Source of the DNA: Geosiphon pyriformis uo1
Taxonomy: Eukaryota; Fungi; Glomeromycota
DNA length: 64,000 nucleotides
Direction of reading: 5' to 3'
Assembly: GCA_016748015.1 (NCBI GenBank)
Contig: JAAOMT010000502.1
Span: 806,001 to 870,000, forward strand
Shown piece after piece: positions 54,001-64,000 of the stretch (position 1 is its first letter; each line of letters opens with the position of its first letter). The position numbers and the translations under genes were made by a program. The notes under the pieces are model-generated. The model had not been told where the DNA came from. It searched no databases and saw nothing but the letters and a program-made list of their open reading frames with translations.

Positions 54001-55086
54001 GCTGGACACTTTGGAAAAACAAAAACAATTCAGAAAACTCTAGCTCATTATTATTGGCCTACCTTGAGAAAAGACATTGCTGAATACATTAAAACCTGTG
54101 ATATCTGCCAAAGAAGAGGAAAACCCAATCGCAAAGAAGATATTCATCCAATCTCTGTTGGTCAATCCTTTGACAGAATTGGTATAGATGTTGTTGGATC
54201 TTTAACAATAACTCCTGATGGCAACAGATATATTATCACAGCTACCGACTATCTTACAAAGTGGGTAGAAGCAAGAGCCACTCCAGACCAAACAGCAGTC
54301 TCAATAGCCAATTTTATTTATAAAGATATTATTTGTTATCATGGCTGCTCCAAAGAACTTTTATCTGATAGAGGAAGAGCTTGTCTTAGTACACTTGTTG
54401 AAGAACTTTGCAGAAAAATGGGAATACGTCACAAACTTTCCTCTCCTTATTACCTCCAAACAAATGACCTAGTGGAACATTTTAATAAAACACTATATGA
54501 AACCCTAGCCAAAACCAGTGAAGAAACAAACTTATGAGACAAAGTACTGCCTTCAGCTTTGTTCGCTTATAGAACTGTGAATTATGACATAACAAGATAT
54601 GAATCCTTTTATTTACTCTATAGATGAATGGCAACTCTACCAATAGAAACTGACATTGAGACAATACCCTTTGAAGAAATAACAATAGAGAATTACAAAG
54701 ACACTTTGCAAAGAAGACTTGGTACTATTCTTGACTCATTAGTAAAAACATGGATAATTGCCTTTGAAAAAATAAAACAATTCCAAGAGAAGCTTAAGAA
54801 AAAGAAAACATATAAAACACTTTCCTTAAGTGTTGGTGACTTAGTTTTAGAATACTGTTCAGACAGAGACAATGTCTATGGTAATAAATTCTCTAGCTGG
54901 TGGAAAAGACCCTTTATAGTCAACAAAGTTTTGAACAATGGTTCTTATATCTTACAAGATCAATATGGAACAATCTTCAATGATCACTCTGTTCATGGCA
55001 CACGACTCAAAAAATATTACAAATGACCTGATTGGTTATCTGTTGTGGTAATATCAACCCAAATAATCAACAAAAATCAGATATAA
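51017..55086 (+). pseudogene. A7 pol (PR, Cys-rich linker, RT, RNase H, integrase), disrupted
   Basis: LILDSG (51113-51748), RT (51767-53089, YLDD), IN 53884-54537 and 54628-55026; several stops and frameshifts. Confidence 0.92.
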
Positions 55087-55127
55087 ATAAATGTACCATT
55101 TCCAAAACAGAGGTATTTCCAATTGAC

Positions 55128-55784
55128 ATGAACAATTATTTTTTAGATCAGAACATTCAAAATGCTTTCTATACTCTCCATGAGTACTGGATTAAAAACT
55201 ATCCAAATGCTACTCTGACCATTGGAAAACAAACTACAATAATTGACAACAATAGAACACATACTGTTATCAGACCAAAGAAAACAACTACCAGAAGAGA
55301 AAGAATTGGTAGCAAAATAGATAAGTATTTGCTAGAAAGCATAACAGCAGCAATACTTATACCTTTCATGACAATTGGAAAAATTATTAAGGAAATCTTG
55401 TCCATAGACAAAAACTTGTCATATGGAAGACAACTAGAACTCTATAGTTGTCTTGGTGAAATCATAGAAGAAATAAAGCTCATGAAAAAAACAACTTTAG
55501 AGATACAAGTGGAAATTTTGGGCATTATACGTTTAGATGTCCCAAGAGTTTTGACCATTGCAAGAAAAGCCAAAACTCTTATACAAAAATTTGGTCTCTT
55601 GGATACAAAGCTTATTTCACTTCAAGTACTATATACTCTATCCACAAAAGACTTTAACAAACTAGTTAGTTTTGAGTTAGACAAAACCCTTCAATTAAAA
55701 TATCCTATAAATAGCTTGATTTCACCGGAGCTCAATCTCTTTGAAGAGGATGATATTATGGTTGAAACCCATAATTTTTATTAA
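55128..55784 (+). CDS. A7 third ORF, 218 aa, intact, unknown function; runs through the PPT into the 3' LTR
   Basis: Open from MNNYFLDQ to VETHNFY*; homologous frames at 18148-18645, 36071-36526 and 46468-46854. Confidence 0.75.
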   Translation: MNNYFLDQNIQNAFYTLHEYWIKNYPNATLTIGKQTTIIDNNRTHTVIRPKKTTTRRERIGSKIDKYLLESITAAILIPFMTIGKIIKEILSIDKNLSYGRQLELYSCLGEIIEEIKLMKKTTLEIQVEILGIIRLDVPRVLTIARKAKTLIQKFGLLDTKLISLQVLYTLSTKDFNKLVSFELDKTLQLKYPINSLISPELNLFEEDDIMVETHNFY

Positions 55785-56396
55785 TTATCACATGTATTAG
55801 CCACTGATGTCATATAATTAGCCACTCTATTTTTAGATAGTGATCATTGACCTAGTCGTTAATCTGGTCATTGACCACTTTCAATAGCTATATAAGCAAT
55901 GAGTCTCTTAACTGTAGAAAATCATCTCTCAGACAAGAATCAAATAAATAAAAATAACAACTTTTATCTCAATCACTCTCTTATTGCTAATTTTTCTTTC
56001 CCTACCTTCAAGGATCTGAACATCTTAGGATAAAAGATTACTTGTTGGCCTTTTCTTGACATATATAATAGTAACATTTGAAAATTATTTGAATAAACAT
56101 GACTGAAAAGCACAAGTTGATACCTGATATTGAATTCTAAGAGCACCAATGTGAGGCATAGAATTATACCAGTGGTAATCAATTGTTGATAGTACAGACT
56201 ATTCCTCTATCTTCAGATTCTTTTGTTACTTTTTAAAAAGAATAGCAACTGAGATATTTTATGAGACTGATTTCGCACATTGAATCCATACTCATTCAAT
56301 TCACTCATTGAAATTGAATTCCCTTTGATTATTTCTATCACCCTACAATCCTATTCTCCCTTGCTATCCATTAGCTTGTTACTCCAACCCGTAACA

Positions 56397-56958
56397 ATAT
56401 TATTATTATTTAATATATTTAAAAAATATTTAAAAAAAATTGTTTATTAATAAAAATTTGTTTTATATAAAAAACAATTAAAATTTTAGAATTAACTTAA
56501 TAAAATTATAGAAAACATAAAATTTTTAAAGAAAACAACTTTAAAAATACAAATAAATTTTTTAAATATTATATAATTAGATGTTTTTAAAGTTTTAATT
56601 ATTGTTAAAAAAATCAAAATATTTATATAAAAATTTGGTTTTTTGAATACAAATTTTATTTTTTCTCAAATTTTATATATTTTATTAACAAAAAATTTTT
56701 CAAGTTAATTAGTTTTAAATTTAACAATATTTTTAAATAAAATATTTCTTAAATAGTTTGATTTTACCAAAGCTTAATTTCTTTGGAAAAAATAATATTA
56801 TAGTTAAAAACCATAGTTTTTATTAATATTACATGTATTAGTCATTTTATTTTTAGGTATTAATTGTTAATCTGATCAATGATTTGGTTGTTGACTTAAC
56901 TATTAACTTGATCTGATAAATAACCATTAATTAATAACTCAAATTTTGCCTGGTAACA
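56397..56958 (+). mobile_element. Ancient AT-eroded A-related element (ORF3 3' part plus ~163-bp LTR 56796-56958) into which A7 inserted
   Basis: Aligns by eye to A ORF3/PPT/LTR start once C>T and G>A are allowed; the left flank of A7 (~48775-48822) supplies the preceding KIDKYLLESITAAI-coding segment; ends GGTAACA. Confidence 0.7.
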
Positions 56959-57309
56959 ATGTAAATAATAGATGATTTACATTTACTTTATGCATAAATA
57001 TGTGCTATTATTGTGTTTAAATAATATATAAGTTTTTAAATCAATGATTGTAACTTTGAATTTAATTCATTTATTATTTTAAAATAAATCGTAACAATAA
57101 AAATATAAATATGTTGCATAAAATTTAATAACAAGGAACTGTTATATGGAGTGTGCTGCAACAAAACAAGCGCTCAATGTCAAAGGTTGTAAGTTTCTTT
57201 TAGCCCAATATCAAGCATTCGCGCTTGTGACGAGGAGCCAAACCATAGTATCTTGAGCAAATCTACTTGAAGTTTGTACCATACATTTGTCGCTTTCTCT
57301 CAACACGTA

Positions 57310-57387
57310 CAGTAGGCACCAAAAGTAACACCCAATTGACATGTCTAACAATATAAAAAAATCGGGCGTTACTTTTGGTGCCTACTG
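57310..57387. mobile_element. 78-bp Tc1/mariner-type MITE
   Basis: 28-bp TIRs CAGTAGGCACCAAAAGTAAC(A/G)CCC(A/G)ATT with 2 mismatches, flanked by TA on both sides. Confidence 0.8.
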
Positions 57388-58456
57388 TATAGATAGCATT
57401 TATACAGTATGAACAATTATCCCTACCATACGCCAAAAGAAAATTACATGCAAGATCAGGTCAGAATACCTTTACAATAATAGCTCATAAAGACACAGAA
57501 GCTCAATGAAATTCCAGATATTTGCTACATAGTAGTCGCTCCACCAGTCCTCCAGCTTTCCGACGTCAGCTCCTTCATTCCATTAACCTCATAACACAAC
57601 TCCCACATAATGTCCCAAAGTTTGATCAAACCATCCTAAGCGTGTACATAGTCAGCAAATTGAGCCATAAAGATGAAACAAACATACCACGTAGCATGAC
57701 ACCAGTTCGAGAACGCCTCGACTACCTTACAATGAAGAGCGATGTCTCTAACAGTGTGAACCGATTTTCTGCAAAGAGGAATAACACGAACATTAATATC
57801 CCATTAACGTGCATTATTGTAAGAAATCAATCCTCATACCGATAACCTGTATGCTGTATGGTTTGCTGCTTAGTTTGACAGATCAAACAGATCATAAACG
57901 GATCACCAAGCAGGATCTCCGCGTAGTATGGTTGTTAATGTAATTAGGTCCAAACAGGTCATCAGATATTTATCCAGCGTCTGCGTAAAAAAGACTAGAT
58001 GCTCGCCTTAACTTTTTCCCAGAAGTTGTAGTGCCTTGTCCGCCATATTAGCAGTGGACGCCTTAACAATGTCTTGCAAGTTCTTGATGAGCCTGTCCAA
58101 TGCTTTCGTATAATCGAGCTTCTCGAGTTTACTCTTGTTCTGTTCTACAAGGTCCCATTTCTTGTAATCATTCATTTCAAATACGTATGATGCTTACTGG
58201 TCGTCCGATCCTATGACAGTCTGCAAAGATTGTCAGAGCAAAAGCTATTAAAGAATTTTCATTATCATTGTATGAAAAAAAACAAGCACTTCGTTTACGT
58301 GTCAAAGATGCGTGACGTCATAAGCCCAATATATTGTAAATAATATAATTTTTTACATAAATATAGGAATGACCGATTATCATTACCATATCAATTTAAC
58401 CCGCAGTATTAGACCAGCAAAATTTTTTGAAACTGTTACCGTCTTAATTTCTGAAT

Positions 58457-60877
58457 ATGCCTTCGACGTCAAAATTGCGAACCAATCTTCCTTCAGAAAT
58501 AACTCTTTATTCAGAAAATCATAGGTCGCTATTGCTTGATACTTCTAGTGATGACGGCAGCCAAGAAAGCGAAGAGTCTGAGGCATTTCTGCAGGAGTGC
58601 CGGATTGTGAGAATATATATATTTAATGCTCTGAAAAAAAAAAAACAGGTAAGGTGCAGTTTATTCTCTATAGCTTTAAACCCTTCAAGTAGTCTTTGGT
58701 ATTATCAATTACAATTCTTAACCTTTCAAGTCTAGAAACGCCACATAATTTTCTCGCTTTAATCGAGTGAATTAAATTTTCCCATTTTCAAAAGTTCAAC
58801 CCAATATCGATTTACAATTTACCATCAAAAAAAGATTAAAAATTCCAAATTTTTTAAAAGACCCCACCAATTTGATCTTTCTTTTTCTAAAGGGTGATTC
58901 GGTGGACTATGAGCACATAATTCACCAATTGAAAGCTCCTCCTAACAGTTCAGATGCCCTTCCCCCTCAAAGATTACTTTTTTGGATCATGGGCTTCTCC
59001 CAGAATACATCTTTGATGAATATTTCTTTTCGTCCCCTCGTAAAAGCAATAATTGATATGGACTGGATTACTCACGATGAGAATATACTCCGGAAATTTC
59101 TTGGATTTCTTCGGAGTCTCATTTGTGCGCATTCATGCTATGCTATGGAAGCTCTTAAAATGACGATCAGAAAATTCACCCGTGGTAAATGTTTATTTAT
59201 TTGACTATCCTAATAATTGCTAAAATATAACTTAAGTCTTTTTCTGTATATATTGTTCAAAACTAACCTCAGATAATACTGCCTTCGTTAACACAGAGCC
59301 AGATTTTGGTACGGCTCATGACAAAGATATATTTAGTACCAATCTTCATCGCATAGTTAAGGTTTTAATAAATGCTACTGAATCATGGGGGTCCTCGGTT
59401 TTTCCTATCGTTGAACGTGAATTTCCACATATGCAAGACTCACGATTAGCTCTAGTTAATTACATTAAGAATTTGTTGCTCATGATTGGTTATGCCACGG
59501 ATCTTCGATCTAAAGTACTCCAATTAATTATTGAAAGAATCCTTCTCATTGACGTAAGTTTTTACACTTCTCAATTTACCTGAGTGAAATTATTGCTCAA
59601 ATATTCAACATATTTCAACTTGAAATCATACTCAGACTGAAATTCAGGGAAGTATCGAGGAGGCTGAGGAGGCTGAAGATGAGATTGAAGCCTTTGATTT
59701 AAGGTTGTATTTCAATAATTGCAAGCCAGAAGCAGGAGTAATAACAAATAAAGTTCCAAAAGGCATCAGTTCAGACATTGAAATGTCTGATGATAAGAGT
59801 GACATGGATATGAACGAGGTTTCCAGCGACTTTGAATTGGAATCAGAAGAGTCCGATCTCGATGATAACACAGGTGGTGTCGTTAAAATTGATGCAAGAG
59901 ATATGATGGAAAAGCTAGATTGCTGCATGAAATTATTATTTGATTACTTGTATTATGGTGACAAAATACCTATGTCTAAAGCAACAGATACAAATGATGC
60001 ATTCCAAGATCTAATGAGAATATTTTCGACGACAATCCTGCCCACTTTCAAATCTCGATACACTCAATTCTTATTGTTTTGGCATATATCCTTAAATGAA
60101 TCGTTTCTTGAAACTTTCATAGCAACTCTATTCAGCAATCTTTTGAATGAAGATTGTCCTCAAGGCGAGAAAATCTCCTCTGCCTTGTATATAGGTTCCC
60201 TCGTAGCTCGAGCAAAATTTATTGAGGAAAGAACTGTGAGATCTTGTGTGAAAATGCTTGTAACAATTGGACGACAAGAAATAGTCCTCGTTCAACACGA
60301 TGTATACGGCTCAGACCCTGATAAATATGGTGTATTCTATTCAATAGCTCAGGCTCTCATGTACATTTTCTGTTTCCGTTGGAAGGATCTAGTTGCCAAA
60401 GAAAATAAGGAATTCAATCAAGACCAGAATGGAGGATTTAAAAATATTGTGCAAGACCACATTGGGCATTTGAAATGGTGCTCTGAAATAGAAGGATTTG
60501 AGGATTTAATCACCTCCCCCCTTGAACCCTTAAAGGTATCAGAATAATCAGCCAATTTTTGCGTTGTTTCTTATTCATCGTGTGGGGAATCTTATAAAAT
60601 TTCTATAACACAGGTTTGCGCACCAGATATCGTGAAACAATTCGTAAGATTATCAGGAATTCTTCGTTTCTCATATTGCTACTCCTTATTATCAAAAGGA
60701 AAAAGATGCATAATGCCCAATCGTGTAGCAGGCGATGAACAGGGAGAAGCGCCCATGCGGCTTGATCAATTCACTTTTTTTCCTTTTGATCCATTCCGGT
60801 TAAAAACTTCTCAATGCTACTTAAATGGTTTATATAGAGAGTGGGAGGAAGTAAATCTTGCCGATGAAAATGAATGA
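58457..60877 (+). CDS. RRN3: RNA polymerase I transcription initiation factor RRN3 (TIF-IA), 5 exons, ~642 aa
   Basis: Exons 58457-58648, 58893-59184, 59273-59553, 59636-60535 and 60614-60877 join in frame via GT-AG introns; motifs ID-TEIQ, acidic loop, LPTFKSRYTQFLLF, FYSIAQALMYIFCFRW, PLKVC, FFPFDPF. Confidence 0.93.
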
Positions 60878-61719
60878 AAAATCGATTGGCACAAAAAGAT
60901 GTAAAAAAACAGGGATTTTAGGAGAGCTGGTATGCAAAAACATAGTATCAATCACGTCTAGATAGCCCTTTTAGAAGCATTAAAATTTAGATCAAAAACT
61001 ATTTATAAATCTTATAAATTGGGGCCAAAAATAAAAATATTTAGCTCAACATTCCACATTATATTTTGTAATTTTAGATTTTTTTACTTTATAGCTATTT
61101 TTTTAAAATTTTTGCAGCTTTTCAAATAACCAACATATTAATTTTTAATAAAAAATATTAATTGTAGCTGATAAAAATTTTAATAAATTGCAACAGTATA
61201 ATGTTTATTGATTTATAATTATAAAAACAATTAATTGAATTATAAACTTAAAAAATTAAAATTTATATTTTTATATTTTTATAATAAAATACAAATTTTA
61301 AAAACAGTTGTATTTTACAAAATTAATTTTTTTTTAAATTTTACTTTGCAATTTCAATTTAAAAATAAATATAAAATTTATTACAATTTTAAAATATTTA
61401 CAAATAAACTAATATAATTATTTGTGCATATATAATAATATTTAATTATAAAAACAAATATAAGTAATAAAATATTTTAGTAATTAATTATTAAAATTAT
61501 ATTATTAAGCTTTTATAATTTAAATATTATATAAAATTTATTAAAAAATATAAAACAAATTATATATATATTTTAATATTTTATTTTTAAATATGGTTTA
61601 AAATTATATTAAAATACCAATTTTATTATTTAAAATAATTATTTTATATGGTTTTTTATTAATAATAATATATATATTTATTATATATTAATATTAAATT
61701 ACTTAAAAAATACAATTCC

Positions 61720-62614
61720 AAATTTTCGAAACAAATGTTGGATCAAGCATCAGCATATTGCTGGCATCATATGTGAAAAAAATTTGGATATTGACTGACA
61801 TAAGATTAAAGGACACTTAAGTGTTTCAGATAATAATCAAACTGATTTGCTTGCTGGCATTTCTTCTTATTCTGGTTAGATCCTCCCTTTTTGGCTCAAA
61901 AAATGTTTTGTTTTGGCCAATGACAGTATTGTTTCTGGGAACTCTAAACACTTTGTTTGTGATATTTTTGGTCTATTTATTGTACATACTAGAAATTGGG
62001 TTCTGGTGCCAAAATTGTGAACAGTTATCTGCTTATGGATATTGATTGGTTTAAGTTATCTCTTGTTTGGCATCCTAACTCTTACATGACTGCTGGCTTT
62101 ACAAGTCACCACTCTGCTGGCTTCTATTTCTATTTTATAAAAACTTTACATTATAGGCTGTCTGTTGCTGTTTGTAAATGCCTTTATAATAAATGTTACT
62201 CCAGTGTAGTGTGTCTGTATTGTGGTGATGTCAAGGTATCAAACCATGTCTTCTCTTGTGTGTTTGATGCAGCTACTTGATTTCAGTTGTTTGTTGATTT
62301 TGTTTCTGCTTAAAAGCTATGTCTGGTCTATTTTATGCCTCCTTTCATGTGTCACAAATGTTATCCAGTTGTTTGGTTGATTTGAGGCTGGTTGCTTTAC
62401 TGTGCAAAGGTTTTGTGCTTGTGGATTGGTACCAGAAAGCTGCTTCTTGCTTTGATGACACTAAGATTGCATCTGGTAAGATAATTGAGTTTGTTTGTGG
62501 TTTGTGCCTGTCTTTTAGAAATGATATTTGGCTGGTTTGCTCCAAGCATTGTGCTTTTATGGAGAGACATGGCCTAATCTTTCACAATAGTTTGATCCTT
62601 GTTTCAGTGTTCAG
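61720..62614 (+). mobile_element. LINE ORF2 C-terminal remnant
   Basis: Track ORFs 61996-62280 (CLYCGDVKVSNHVFSC zinc-binding motif typical of non-LTR ORF2 ends) and 62319-; cut by an LTR at 62615. Confidence 0.7.
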
Positions 62615-64000
62615 TGTTATTCATAAAAAGAAAACAGATATAGAAAATAGCAGACCAATAAGAAAATAATATTTAGCATGTGAGCACATTGCTCAGCAAT
62701 GTGGAGCAATATCAGAAATCATGGCACATTGTTCAAAAAATCATAGCACATTGCTCAAGAATGTGAGTGATCTTATAAAACATCAATTATGTATATATAG
62801 CAGTAGCATTAAAAGTAAAAAGAGCAGAATCTTTTAGTTAGAAATCTTCTATCCAAAAATATCAAATAAATAAATCATTCACTATCCAAATCCACTCTTC
62901 ACTATCAACACTTTATGTCGATAGTAATTGATACTTAACCATACTGGAACAATAGTTCTTGATCATGGCTATTGACAAATACTAACTTGTATATTGCCTT
63001 GGCTTATTTCTTTATTTTTTTTTTATTTCTTTTCTTGATTTTATTGTTGTATATTAACTGATTAAGGATTAAAGCGCTGAGTAATTGACGTTATGGATAG
63101 CCTGGTAAAAAACCCAGAAATAAAGATAAAATTATATATATATTAACAAATAGCTTACCAGAAGGGCACGAATGCCAGAATAAACTGGCCACCAAGCTAA
63201 AGACAGAAATTGGGAATACAACTCACCAACCAACTACATTGTCATTGAATCTCTGTTCATTATACCAAAGACTCAATGCTAAAACCTTCAGATACAACCA
63301 ATATACTGATAACACCAGCATTGTTAAGATATTGAACACCAAGTTATGGATTTGTTATTTGATTTGAGACCCCAAATAATCATCTGTAACATTTGGTGCT
63401 CCCTATGAGGTATAATCCTACAGAGAACCAGCACCAATAACATTCATCCAAACAGTGGCAGAATCCAAAAAAACAGGGACAAACCATTTAGAATTCGCAA
63501 AATCTTTATTCCAACACTACTGTTAACATTTAGGATTAACCAACAACTACTTATCAGCAGAATCAGCTTTCAATTTTTATGTTCACAAGAGAATCTCATA
63601 TTTACTAGAAGTACTAGTAGAAACTGATTTAGCCAGAGGAAACTTCTACAATGAATTAATTCAGAATACCAGCCTACCAACAAATTACAATTTCACAGCA
63701 ATTCTCACTGAAATCAATAAAGAAATTGAAATTCACACTCAACAAAAATATCCAATTACCTATGCAAACAAAGGCAAAAAAAAATTATAAACACCAGCAG
63801 TAACATTTCAAAAGATACAACCATCCACTTTAAAGAAAACAAGAGTTGAATTACCAACTAATCCATCATACTATTATATACCCAGAAGTGCCATCAATAT
63901 TACAGGTGCATTTACATCAAACATGACATCAATCTTTGGACAATTTTTATTTTAGAGTAAACAAAGGAAAGAAGATCTTCTAAGACCATATGGTGTGTAT
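62615..64000 (+). mobile_element. B-related Gypsy (B2): 5' LTR 62615-63391, PBS 63394-63410, start of gag; truncated by window end
   Basis: LTR ends match B; PBS TGGTGCTCCCTATGAGG; downstream DNA homologous to B gag 10.6-11.2 kb. Confidence 0.9.

Larger units (their letters stand above)
48823..56396 (+). mobile_element. Structurally complete Ty3/Gypsy family A copy A7 (7.57 kb)
   Basis: LTRs 48823-49437 and 55754-56396; TSD ATAT/ATAT; PBS 49444-49460; PPT before 55754; gag, -1 frameshift, PR-RT-RH-IN, ORF3. Confidence 0.96.

Noticed and set aside
55128-55784. ORF3 as a retroviral Env
   Set aside because: Too short, with no evident signal peptide, furin site or C-terminal transmembrane anchor.
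56141-56148. GAGCACCA anti-PBS / Tf1-like self-priming in the A LTR
   Set aside because: Other copies read GAGCACCG, GAGTGCCA and GAGTGCTG, implying ancestral GAGCGCCG with CpG decay.
61235-61417. 60-aa ORF in AT-rich DNA
   Set aside because: Low-complexity K/F/I/N/Y composition expected by chance in near-pure AT sequence.

Overview
AT-rich eukaryotic (fungal) DNA. The spliceosomal introns, the RRN3 gene and the TE proteins resemble Glomeromycotina, possibly Geosiphon-like; this is an inference from memory, not a search result. About 57 kb (1-56958) is a nested retrotransposon block. It holds at least 8 pieces of a Ty3/Gypsy family 'A' (one structurally complete copy, 48823-56396), a complete 10.1-kb dUTPase-carrying Gypsy 'B' (1985-12116), a solo LTR 'C', four copies of a poly(A)-tailed ORF1-only retroposon and a LINE remnant. 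After the block come a 78-bp Tc1/mariner-type MITE, an intact 5-exon RRN3 gene (58457-60877), a LINE ORF2 remnant and the 5' end of a B-like Gypsy running off the window. All TE copies are degraded mainly by C>T/G>A changes. The main unexplained signals are: (1) A and B both carry a ~218-aa soluble-looking third ORF in the env position with a shared C-terminal motif; (2) both use an elongator-tRNA-Met PBS and carry extra LTR boxes complementary to that tRNA's anticodon arm, split in A at the canonical tRNA-intron position; (3) the ORF1-only (HAL1-like) retroposon, most of whose insertions coincide with deletions of the LTR element they hit. Coordinates were counted by hand and may be off by a few bases.
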